In this document: positions 25,301 through 37,400 of the stretch, piece by piece | Layout of the letters: each line of letters begins with the position of its first letter | Numbering within the stretch: the stretch's first letter is position 1 | Assembly: GCF_052425735.1 (NCBI RefSeq) | Contig: NC_135761.1 | Span: 10,106,001 to 10,170,000, forward strand | Origin: Oculina patagonica | Taxonomy: Eukaryota | DNA length: 64,000 nucleotides | Direction of reading: 5' to 3' | Position numbers and translations under genes: made by a program | The notes under the pieces: generated by a model | Database searches by the model: none | What the model was told of the DNA's origin: nothing | Seen by the model: the letters and a program-made list of their open reading frames with translations, nothing else

Positions 25301-28300
25301 CGCTAAATTTTAGTTCTTGGCCGCGCGAACACTGCAGCTCAACTGCTCGCTCCCAACTGCTCGGCCCCGATTGACCTAATTTTAGTATAGAGGGATGGCT
25401 ACGCTTAAATGTCGATCATATCGTGTGTTTCTTTACCAAAAAGGCTTGGCCTTCACTTCAACATTTTTTTTTCACTGTACCTGGTAATTTTTTAGCCAAA
25501 CCAAATCCGCTGAGTTTCAGTGGAGGAAAGTGGTGGTTGTTCTCCACTGACCTCCAGGCAATAATGAGTTTTTCAGGTCTGATATTCTGCAAACGAAAAA
25601 ATTTACCAGTTATTTATACTCTAGGACTGCTGTGGTCATTACAGGGAAAATTCCGGAAGGGACGCGTTGCAGTGTCATGTAGCAGGGACAAAATCATGTA
25701 TTATTATATAAACATCAGTGAAATACCAGGAAATCTTTCGCGCGAAAAAATCATATCTTCACACGTGAAAATAACATGTTATTTTCACATGTGAAGATAT
25801 CGATTTCGAAACATTTTCTGACAAGTTTGCCCTGTTTCAATGCTGAAGGAGCCAAAGTAAATCGATATTAAATCGAAACATCTTCGGATCTTCCTCGGAA
25901 ATCTTCGGCAATCTTCGGAAATTTTTGAAAAAGGTTCGGGAAACGTTCGGAATCATTCGTACGACCTTCGGACAACATTTTGCAAATCTTTGAAAATCTT
26001 AGGAAAATGATCGGCAATCTTCGGAAAATCGTCAAAACCATCGTAATTAGTAGGTTTATATAATAAACAGAATTGCGCTCACTCGTGAGATATCGATTTG
26101 AACACTCAAAGATAAATTTCATATCTCCGCGCAACCATGTCATATCCTCTATCTGTCCAAGGCAGAGGACATGTACCAGAGAGGTGTTGGAGCGACAACT
26201 CGTGTTGCGCGAGCTGAAAAGTATCAGCACACACGAGAGGATAGGTTACTATAGCCACATGTTCCTGCTACATGTCCGCTAGCCTCGTGCGAGCAGTCAC
26301 TGATTTTGTCACTACTACATCAGTGTTGTTGCTTTACTTATTCATTATATTCATTTATTTATTTAAAGGTCAAGTCTGCATCGGACCAAGCGCCCATACC
26401 GCCAGAGCTTATCCCGGTTTCTGTAGCATTAAGCGACTAGGAGTATTGCTACTCCCCCCCGGATGTGATGCTAGTCCGTCACAGAGTTACCCCCTGGCAT
26501 TAATTCGCCGGAACCTTGTTATACACCTGGGTGAAGAGAGGCACTGTGAGAGTAACGTGTCTTGTCTAAGAACACAACACAATGACCCCAGCCAGGGCTC
26601 GAACCCGGACCGCTATATCGGAGTCCCGCGCATTAACCATCGGGGCATCGCGTCTCTTCATGTGTACCTCCCTTAAAAATAACATAATGAACTCACTCTG
26701 TGTACAATCCTGAGCCCGTGTATATACTGCACAGCGCTAAATAACTGCAGCATCACCTCGCGCGCCGTGCTCTCAGAGAAGGAATTTCTAGATACCAGGT
26801 CCTCGAAGAGCTCTCCGCCACACGCAAGTTCCATAACAAGGTAATATTTATCAAAAGCGGGGTAGGAATGATGAAGCTTAAGAATGTTGTGATGATTCAT
26901 TTCTTGTAAAATCTGAAAAAGAATTAAACTTAATGATTAAAATATAAACTAATCAGTTGAAATTAAGGCTGGAAATATGACGAGTATATTAAGGACGTGT
27001 TTTTTTTATTCACAATTCTGGAGTGAGAATGGCCAGAATGTGAAATGCGCGGCGTTTTTCTATTCTGCATTCCCATTCCGGAATGGACAAAACGTCATTC
27101 CATCCATTTTGCCCCAGGGGGACCCCCCAGGGGCAGAATGGACAGAATGTTGCGAATGCAAATCCAAGATGGCGAACGGAATAGCTAGCCCGTGATTCGA
27201 AGGATCCTTTGAGAATAGCAATGCCACAACATTCGCCAGAACATTCGGCAGATCCATTACAGTCTCCATACTTTCCTCCTCCTATAAATGTAGTAGAAAA
27301 ATTGCTGTTTTAATGGCTGCAATGGCAGCCTATTTGTTGTCCGTCATTATTGTTACGCTTTTTTCCCCTGTGCCAGGTCCGTGCATATCATCTATCATCT
27401 CGACTACATGGGCGTTTTCTAATGCAGGCAATCCGAGTTATTGCTGGCATTTTGTACCAACCATTCTTATTTCAGAATTGTGGGTAACAAACGCGCCCTA
27501 AATTTCCTGACGGCAAACTGAACATGATCAGTGATGGGCAGAGAAAAACAAAATAAAACAAGTAAAAAAAAATTTTTAGTTTCATATTTCACATTCTACG
27601 TTCAGTTTTGAAATACAGGCTGACCGTGATCCTCATCAAATAAGGAGAGCATATCTGGTCTGCAAAATCAGCTAATAAGGGAAAATTTAAATGAGTGTTG
27701 AGTAATAAATTGGCTAAATAAAGTGATTTTTTCCAGCGACTTTTGAAAGTTATCAGGTTTGCTTTGGTCCAATCTTCTGTATAAGGTTGTTCAAAAAAAA
27801 AATTGAAACATTTCTGCTTTAAAAACTTCTTACAACCTTTCCAGCGCTAGCTTGCCATTGCGACATTTTTCACTTGTAGTTACGAGTATTTTTTTGCTAT
27901 ATTTGCCTATAAGGTCATATCAATTCGATCTATATTTATTTACTCAGGTTTTAGTACTCTGTCAGTTGAGCACAGTTTATCTTAATCCAAGTTAATCTTC
28001 TCGGTTATCGATCAGTTAGTAATCTTCCACAGTAAAATATAACCCGTCAACCGAGCAACAATTTTAACGTTCTTTTGTGTGCTGTCATCTTCTCACCTCA
28101 TAAATTAAAATCGTGCCAATCGACCAAAGCTTTTTCTAACATTTAAATGCTCGTCACGTTCCGTGTACAAAAACTGTTTTCAATAATTAAAATCATTTTT
28201 AATTAACAACGGTTCACTAGACATATTTTCGACTTTGTGTAATCTTAAGTTTCAACAACTAAACTAAACAAACTTTATTTCGCCACTTCCTCGTTTCGCT

Positions 28301-29218
28301 CAATTTTTCTGCACATGAACTTCTGTGACTTCACTCAGTGAATGCATTGTAAGAATGATTCATGTTTGAGACTTTGCATATAAATTATAAACACAGGTTA
28401 TGCAGAAATTCACGTTCTTACGTAAAGTTATTCAGTCTTTCCTGTTCTGTGCGTGGTTTAGCGGAGCTATGCATTAATTGCCCCTGAACTATTGTTCTTA
28501 AGTATAAGATGTCGTCACAAATATCCGCCTCTATGCGTCTTTATCAAAGCCTTTTGTTTAAAGCCAGTTTCTTAAATCATTAACTTCTTAAAATGGTGTA
28601 CACAATTCAAAGGTCTTACCGCCATTGAATAATCTAAGCGATCCTGAGTCAGACATCACAACATTTACTGCAAGGTGGCGGAATTATACATTGTATAAAC
28701 TGATAACCAATAATATCAACGAACTGAAGTCGATATGAATAAATAAAACTTCACTGAAGTGTCAATAAATACTAACGCACAATAAATTATGGACCACAAG
28801 AAAAAATCTACCAATTTTTGATCTGATCTAAAACAAGATGGAGGCAACGAATATACAAAGGCTCCAAAACTTTGGTACTTCGTTACAAACTTGCCTTCTT
28901 TTCTCGATACGCCGTAAATCATAGAGGCCTCACGATTGGTCACATTTGCCGGCTTCTTCTTCCAGTATGCCTCTTGCCTGGTGTCGCTTCTATGGCTTCG
29001 TACCACATAAAGCTTGCAGTGTGTATCTTAGAGTTTATCAAAAAGATCGGACTCACCTCTATTTCTTGTTCAATTCTTTCTCTCTGTTCTTCAGTATTAT
29101 AACTCATTTCCTTTACAGCGAATGCTTGTCTTGTCCTTTTATCGATACATCTCTTGACTTCGCTGAAAGATCCTTGACCCAAAATTTCCCTGACATCATA
29201 TTGGCATACAAATTCCAT
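22390..29218 (-). CDS. CaMK-family (CaMKII/CASK-like domain) predicted pseudokinase, about 324 aa
   Basis: Exons 29218-29057, 26912-26697, 25586-25481, 24148-24018, 23489-23358, 22617-22390, all GT-AG and in phase. [15 protein letters not shown]|[62 protein letters not shown] regulatory segment. Confidence 0.9.
22982..23071. mobile_element. Tiny MITE with 9-bp TSD
   Basis: CCTCCCCTC|CATCCTCGTACC ... GGTACGAGAATG|CCTCCCCTC. Confidence 0.75.
24390..25105 (-). mobile_element. Penelope-like retroelement 3' remnant (GIY-YIG endonuclease plus pLTR) in intron 3 of the pseudokinase gene
   Basis: [29 protein letters not shown] (GIY-YIG) and SAIYKHL, then a frameshifted [31 protein letters not shown], followed by a hammerhead-like motif. 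Confidence 0.85.
24468..24509 (-). ncRNA. Minimal hammerhead-like motif in the Penelope pLTR
   Basis: Minus strand: AUUAGU CUGAUGA U GGUAUA(gcu)UAUACC GAAA U AUA ACAAU. Core intact, stem I imperfect. Confidence 0.6.
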
Positions 29219-31446
29219 AACTTGCCCGGTGTTTTCCAGTTAATTTTTTTTTACTTAACTTTAAAGTCAGTTCAGCATAGTATATGCCGGTCTCAAATGA
29301 ACTTCATCGGTCGATCGAGAAGCTGATTAAAATAGTCAGAAGAGGTTTAGACCCGTAAAAGTAAACAATGTTTTGAGCAAATTGATTAAAGATATAGGAC
29401 TCTTCTATCTATTGGACGGCTGAGGACACACTGCTGTTTCGGATTGCTAATTGTTTTAGTTGACTCAAGCTGTGCAATCGTTTGAGCTTTGTTTGATCGC
29501 GCGTTCAGTCGTCAAAGCAAGCTAAATCAATAAGAATGTGTCAAACCGCACATAACATTGCAATATTAAGTAGTGTTTGATTTACTTCGCCGATCAAACA
29601 CAATGGCGAGGCAAACTTAGCATAAACATCTCGTAATAGCGAAGTGATCAGCGGTTATTACTGGTGTCCGTCATGCGAGAAGTGCTGATATTTTTTGAAG
29701 GGAAACCGCCAAGCAAGAGCAAGAGAGTACATGATCCTCTCTTGGCAAGGGCTAATAGGCATTAATGGTGACTTAAAAGAAAACTTTTAAAGGTAACAAG
29801 TCAAAGTTTTATTTCCGCTGTGACGTCAGCATGATGCAAATCTGCATCAATCTCGTTTCCAGAGTCCACGTTCCCCTTGACCACTGATCTTTCTTCCCTG
29901 TGCCAGGAGAAGATGCTCGGATGATCCTGGAGACAAGTTTGAGTAAAAGGTCGTCACAAGTCTTCTCTCATCTGGTGTTGCTCAGTCGTGTCAAACTTGG
30001 GGCGAGTTATCAAGTCTAGCTAGTTACACTTTTTTCCCTCCTTTCTTATTTACCCGTCTGGTATTAACAGCCCGGGATTAACAGTTTTCTTGCCTATGTT
30101 TAAAGAGAGTATTATCACAGTCAACATTTCTAAGAAGGATTTAGTGGCATGAGACCACCGAGTCCATGGGGATTGATATTTCTTTCCACTTGTATGTCAT
30201 AACGTAATTTACCGTATTTATTCGGTTAAGCGCTCAACCTCGAATAAGCGCCCACTCTGTAGGTAGGAAAAGTTAATAAGCGCCCAGCCTCGAATAAGCG
30301 CCCACCCCACCCCACATAAAAGGAGGACACAAGAGGAGTATAGACTATTATTGAAATTGAGATTGAAAATGACTAACTATTACTAAGAGACTACCCGAGA
30401 CTACCCAGAAGACCGAGTTTTCTTAGTATTTTACAGAAACTTTCAATGAATAGTTAAAATTCATATATTGTTTTCTCGCAAAATAAACGTACTTCTTTCT
30501 TAAAATGGTGAAAATTAATAAGCGCCCACTCTCAAGGTTCAAAAATCTAATACGGTAAATAATTTAAATGTCTACTGGCATTTTTACAATTTCCTGGTGT
30601 GTGTGTGTTGTGTGGGGGGGGGGGGGAGAGGAACGGGGGCGGAGAATAGCTTTTGCTGAGTAGTATAGGCCTTCATTCTATGTTCCTTCATACGCCTCTC
30701 TGTAGCTGTTTACTAGTAAATGAAACGACAAGTTCTGAGAATTTCATCAGTACAGTTTCAATTTTTTGGCGCCTGGTTGCCAGTGATGTAAAAATGTAAT
30801 TGGCTCAAATTTGTAATTTACACCAAATAGGTGTTTTGTTTTGAAAACTGCACACTCCGTCAAACATTTGAGTTAAATATACTTTAATTTTCGTCAAAGA
30901 AATATCTTAGACAGAAATTAACCTCGGTCGCATCTGGGAAAAAAGATTTGAGACAATACTGATACTTTTAAACTCTTACTCATGCTTCTTTCCAGAAAAA
31001 CATTGAAAGTCGCATTAGATGAAAAAAGGTTATGCAATTTTTTTTCGTGGTATGCCGTGAATATCCCCTCGTAACTTAAATACACTTTGTATATATGCAC
31101 ACTTTCGTTAACGCCGTGGAATAGTGACTTGTGGAATATTTCACGGTACACCACTCCAAAGCATTTTACTGCTGGTGTTTTCTAATCTCCTTCCCAGATT
31201 CTGGAAACAAGATTAGGTATTTCTAAGTAACGATTTCAATTATTGACATCATGGATATAAGGCAGCAATCTATGATGCAACGTAGTTTTTTCACGACTTG
31301 TGCATGGTCGTCAAGAGGATAATGAACTGAAAAGACCCGCGTATAAGGCTTTGATCCAGTCCCCGAGAGCCCGCCGGCCAACACCGGGATTTTCCAAGAA
31401 TAAAAATACTTTAGCTTTTATCGACTATAAGAACTAATTATCTTTA

Positions 31447-34400
31447 TCAGGCATGTTTTTGCCCACTGTCTCTATCCCTTGCTTCTCCAGGCTTTACTTT
31501 AATTTTCACTGAGCTCCTGAAAGCTCGAGATCTTCTCGGTTTCAGTAAGTCATTGAGATGATATTCCTTCGGTGATTTGGCTAAATCGTTGTCGTGTTCA
31601 TTAACATCTTCGTCAATCTTTTGGAGTTCTTGTTCTTTGTGCGACAAAATTTCTCGCACTTCATGTTCCAGTTCTGGGTCAGGTGTGTAGGAGTCTTTAC
31701 GCGTCAAACGAACTACATTCTTGCTGGGTGTGAAGGTTAGCCTGCAAAAAGCGGTTAAAATACCGTAAACTTCCGGTTATAAGCCCCCCCGCTTATAAGC
31801 CCATCATCCTGGAAACAAAAAAATACATCCGATTATAAGCCCCCACCCGGATATAAGCCTCCCTCTTCCAGATGACTGTTATAAGTAGGGCTAAATGTTG
31901 CTTTATTATGCGTTTTTAACTCAAAACCGTATTTCGATTAACACTCCCGAGGCTTGTTTTGAAACGTTTTTTCATTCCGCTTATAAGCCCTCCCAGATAT
32001 AAGCCCCTCCGCTTATAAGCCCACCCTAAACCCCTTACGAAGTTGTATAAGCCCAGGGCTTATAACCGGAATTCTACGGTGTATATTAAATACAGTAAAA
32101 GCTGCGAGTAAGAACCTAATTTTTCCAGGTTAGCCTTAACAGGTTCTTACATAAATGGTAGTTGAAACAAATTAAGTCTATTTAAGTTCTAAAGAAAAAT
32201 TTACATTTTGCAAATAGATCTTTTAGCTAGTGGTACGGCTCGGTCTGTTCCTTGTGTAAAATTTGCATACCACATAAGTGTTTATATAAAAATGAAGCAC
32301 TAATTATTCAGAACACTGATGACATAATATACATGTACAGTAAAGCCTTGTCCAAACGTATTTTCCCCAAAGTAAACATTTTAAATCAATTTTAAAAAAT
32401 AAGAACATGTTTCCAAATTGTAAGCTAAATAGGTTCTTATAAAAAGGGGTTTTAATTTGCAATTTTTATCCTAACAGGTTCTAAAATGTTAGGTTCTTAC
32501 TGGCGAGTTTTCACCGTATATTAAATATTCTATAAGTACAACTGAATCAAAGGAAAGAGTTTTGATAAGACAATCCATCACCTCTCTCTCACACACACGC
32601 ACACGCCCGATCTGTCCTCGCCATGAAGATGAAACAAGTTACCTAGCCGCCATACCTTTTCCTAGCGATAAGCCCCAACACTACCCCCTTAAGTTTTCTT
32701 CTGGCGTTAAAGGCTGTGAGTCGAACGAACGTCGTTTGCTTGTGGAGAGCGGGGATGAAATCTCCTTGAGATATCCATTCGTGACACAGAGCTTGCGAAG
32801 CAGTTATTCTTTGATCAGGATTCACTGTCAACTGCAAAATAGCAAATTACAGTAAATTCGATTGGTCTAATTATGGCCATAACTATTTGAATAACAGACT
32901 GCAGCCCCTTAGCCTGCGAGCAGGCTCTCTTTTCGGGGGCGACGTGAATTGAACTCTTCGAGCGCCGAAGGCGCGATCCTGCTCGTGGGATCGCGCCTTT
33001 GGCGCTCGAGGAGTTCAATATTCACTTTTCCCCCGAATAGAGAGCCTGCTCGCAGGCTACGATAGAACGAAAAAAGATTGTAGTGGAACCTCGATTTAAC
33101 GCGGTCTTCGGTGTAAAAAACGATTTTCTTTGCCCCACTATTAGCCTGCGAGCAGGCTCTCTATTCGGGGGCAACGTGAATATTGAACTGCGGGATCGCG
33201 CCTTCCGCTCTCGAAGAGTTCAATATTCACGTTGCCCCCAAATAGAGAGCCTTCTCGCAGGCTAGCAGCCCCTTCGTGTAAGAACACGTGTAAGACAACG
33301 ATTTTAATTTGTTTTTGGTCAACCAAATATGTATGTAAAAAAAATTTACGATACTTAGAGGGGTAGCCACATCAGCCCTAGATGGTTTTCATTCGGGTCC
33401 TCTATATAGGTCCAATTAGAATTTGACGGCAGCTGATGTTCATTGATTTGACAAGATTTACATCTGAGAGACTACAGTTATTTTCTCTCCCTATACAGCT
33501 ACAGTAAACAATGAATGTTTATGAGCTCTTTCTCAAGGTAGCATTGAGAAGTTTTCAATTGTGCTCTGACGAAACAAAACAACTTTTTTCTTTAAGACAG
33601 AAAAGAACATGATATTGAACTAATACTTTTCCAAGCATAAACGTTCGTGAAGTTGTATAAAGTATAAAGGTTAATCCTCACCATTTTCTTGATGAGATCC
33701 TTGGCTGAATCGGACACTGAGTCCCAGTATGGAGAGGGAAACGTGTAGTTTCCTTGTAGAATGCTTAAAAGTAGCATCTCTACCCTCTGATTCCAAAATG
33801 GTGGATAACCAACCTAACGAAACAAAAAGAAACATCTAAAGTTGTTTCTTGCGTGTGAGAGTATGGATAACATTGTTTTTGTTGCTATTGTGGTTTTGTT
33901 ATTGTTGTTAACGTTTTTGTTATTGGTGGTGGTGGTAGTAGTAGTTGCTGTTTTTGTTGTTACACGCAATTTCAGCAGAACATTCACTCGATGATCTCAG
34001 CGATAGATATGCCAAATCAGTTTGAATCGACCATTTTTACTGTGACTACTCGGTCTTGATCGTAAAAGGCATCCTTGTCTGCCTCCTCTGCATCCTCTGT
34101 TGGTGCATAACACACTACCACCGTCAGTTTGGTATACCTTGAGTTGAACCTGGCCTTGAGAAGTCTCGGTCCAGCTGGTTTCCATTCGATAAGAGTCCTC
34201 TCCATCTTCCTGCTCATGATCATGGCCACTCCTTCTGTATGGTGATCGTCTGGTCTGCCCGAGTACAGTCAGGTGGTATGTTCCATCATCAATCCAGTTG
34301 CCTGGCTAGCATCATCTTCGTCGCCACCAATGTTTGCTACTCTGGCGTTGGTTTCGGTAACAATAAACTTTTTACGGGATGGGGTTGTTAGCCCCATGCC

Positions 34401-37400
34401 CAACCCTCCCCTTTTACCCGGGCTTGGGATCGGCTGGGTACACCTAATCTAGGCACACCCCTGAAAAGTCCTTGGACATTTAAACCGTTATAAAAAACGT
34501 ACAAGAAGCTTGTGCAAAAAAGTCGAAAAGCACAGCAACAGGACAAACTACGGGGAGAAAAAACGGGTAGATAAAATTTTTAGCTTGAAAGTAAAGGATT
34601 TCATAAAATTGAGCAACGTACGTTTAATGGTAGTGCAGCTGGTCCTATACGACCTAATACTTACAAGTAACAGATAAAGGATAACACCGCAGGCCCAAAT
34701 GTCTACGGCGCAGGTGACTGGCCTCTCTAACACTGTTTCTGGCGCCAAGTACATCGGTGAACCGCTGCCATTACATTCCACTACTTGTCTTCCGTCTACG
34801 GTGTAAAATAAAAATTATTTATTTTCCTTGTGCAGTCAAATTTATAGGCGCGAAACAATAAGACACGTTAAAATACTCCGTAACAAACACGTAGAGACTA
34901 ATACTTCACATTAGTCTCTTTGCTTTCTAATCTTAAATATATTGCTACAAGGACACTTCTTATTGTAAGCTTCTTTTTCTGGTGGTTGTTGCTGCTCTGC
35001 CGGTGTCATATTTATTGTTTTTATTTTAAGTATGCAAACGCGCGGAATATTATTTTACGTATACTAAGGGACGGACCATTATTTTCTTGGAGGGGGGATG
35101 AAAAATTTTCCTCTGCAAACTTTTTTTTTAGTTTATGCACCTCTGCAAACATTTTTTTTTTTCGAAATTCTTACTATTTTTTTGTTATACATATCTTGTT
35201 TGCAAACAATTTGTTTTGTCTTTCCAGGCCCTGCAAACAATTTTTTTCAATATTTTTCATCCCCCCCCCCCCTCCAAAAAATAATGGTCCGTCCCTAAGG
35301 ACATGTTTATATGGAGAATGAGTTGTCCCTGGTAGGAAGGTTACCCTCTCCCGGGCGCCATCCTTCACCAAGCGTTTATATGAGAAACTGAGCCAAACAT
35401 GGTTTCTGTCGGTTTCACGCGTGCTCTGTATATGTGTCCAGACTTGCCTCTGGTAAGTGAGCCACCCTACTTGCCTACCTTCAGAGCGAGTGATCCTTCT
35501 GCCAGGGTAACACTGTCTACCCACTTCCCCCTCCCAAGCAAACTTTGCATTTTCTCATAAACGAATCGCAGCTTGTTGTGAAAAGAAACGTATGAAAAGT
35601 TCTCTCGCCCAAGGTGGTTTGGTATGGAGAGTAATCCTTCATCACGGGACAACTCTATAAATAGACCCTATGCTCGGTTTTCATGCTGTTCAAAGGACAA
35701 TTCCACTCACTCGCGCTTTTTTTTGTGATATATATCCATCTTGTTATTATAAATGTTACCTTCGATCGACTTTGCAATTCCAAAATCTGTGAGTTTAATG
35801 ATTGGTGGACGGTCTACTGTCGGTTTTTCTGCCAACAACAGATTCTCTGGTTTTAAATCCTACGAGAAATAAAATGTCAATTTTGTTCAATAGTCAAAAA
35901 TGCTGGTAAACAGACCAGCACAAGCGTGTACTAGGATAGAGTTATAGATAAAATGAGCTGGCCGATAACTGTGCTCTTTTGTAAAGTGCCAAGCCGTGCT
36001 CATAAGGTCATTCCAGCGAAATATTAAATTTACACTAGATTTTGTCACATTTTTCCTAGCTAGAACATGGGCAGAATATAATTGGAGGGGGGGGGGGGGG
36101 GGAGGGCGAGCCCCTTTTTTCATGGATTTTTTTTTAGAAAACATTGTAACCAACTGAGTGTCTTTCGAGCACTATTGTGCAATCAAGGTTGTGTTGTGAG
36201 TATGGGGCAAGGTTGCACTCCCGCCGAGACTTTTTCGGTGCCCCCTGTTTTTGAATTTTCTTGGATCTGCCACTGTAGAATGCAGTGCTTTCCAGGCCAC
36301 AATTATATTTTCACGAGTATTAGCTAATCAGGTCTCGTTCCAGGTGAATATTTATTCATCTGCAATAGAAATTGGTCTATATTAAGTGAAAAATATGATA
36401 AGACCATACTCGTTTACGAGATAACGACGATTTTCCTCTCTGGCAAGGTAAGCCGTGAAGAAAAAGCTGCCATTACGCACTAATCAATTGTCATTTTAAA
36501 ACGCAGTACGATCCGATGATCCCCACCCCGGCACGTTTGTACTGGAGCCCCTCACGGAAGTATTTTCTTACCCTGTGTATAATTCCTTTCCCTGAGAGAT
36601 AGTTCAATGCATTGATAATCTGATGTGCACACGCGCATGCGTCCTTTTCACTGTAGAACGGTCTTGACACCAGGCCATCGAAGAGGTCCCCGCCAGGAAG
36701 GTATTCAAGAACCATGAGGACTTTACCTTGCGCGTAAAATACTTCCTCAAGCCGAACTATACTCATATGATCAAGTTGCTCTAATAACTGCAAAGTAGAA
36801 GTATGAGGTTTGTTAAAAATATTAATCGTCGAGGGGAAGATTTGCTATGGTATTACCTGGCTGTACAGTCAACTTTCTTAAAGGAGCGATGTCAGGGGAA
36901 TTTCGCAGTGTTTTGGTCTAAACTATTCTTGAATTTAAGAGTGGTAGGCAACTAACCCATAAAACGTACTATTTATCAACATCTAAAGAAAGATATAATC
37001 TTAATTTGCAGATAATAATCAACCTACTACTATAAATATCGATGTTTTGATGACGCGTGGAAACAACTTGAAAACGTTAGCCCAACTTTTCAAGTTGTTA
37101 TTCCTTTCCACCCGAGCCATCCGCAGCCAAAGATGCTCGTTAACAATTTCAGTGCTTTAATATAGCAATTTTTAATAAAAATGGACTATCATTTGAAGGT
37201 TTTCTGTGATACAAATAAAAATTTTGGCTGTTCAAAATTCTGGCAAAATCCGTGACATAGTCCCTTTAAAGCGAACATCGCTGCAAGCTGAACATGGGTA
37301 TATATACTGTAAGCTGACTGGCCGGTCCTGGCCTTATTTCTCTTGTTTCTCTGTAACTTTAGCTCGTGCTCCCACCTCTCTTAGGCGGGCGGCTTGAGTT

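Noticed and set aside
25880-26040. Repeated AATCTTCGGAAA-like units (also 17830-17940, 42360-42430, and ATCGAAC units at 63380-63560) as a CRISPR-like array
   Set aside because: The units are short and irregular with no fixed repeat-spacer period; they are internal repeats of non-autonomous transposons in a eukaryote.
27030-27530. Short ORFs that might be a transposase fragment
   Set aside because: No recognisable motif; cannot be assigned without a search.
22390-29218. Calling the pseudokinase a CASK ortholog
   Set aside because: It lacks L27/PDZ/SH3/GuK exons, has lost the HRD Asp that CASK keeps, and its intron structure matches the adjacent kinase.
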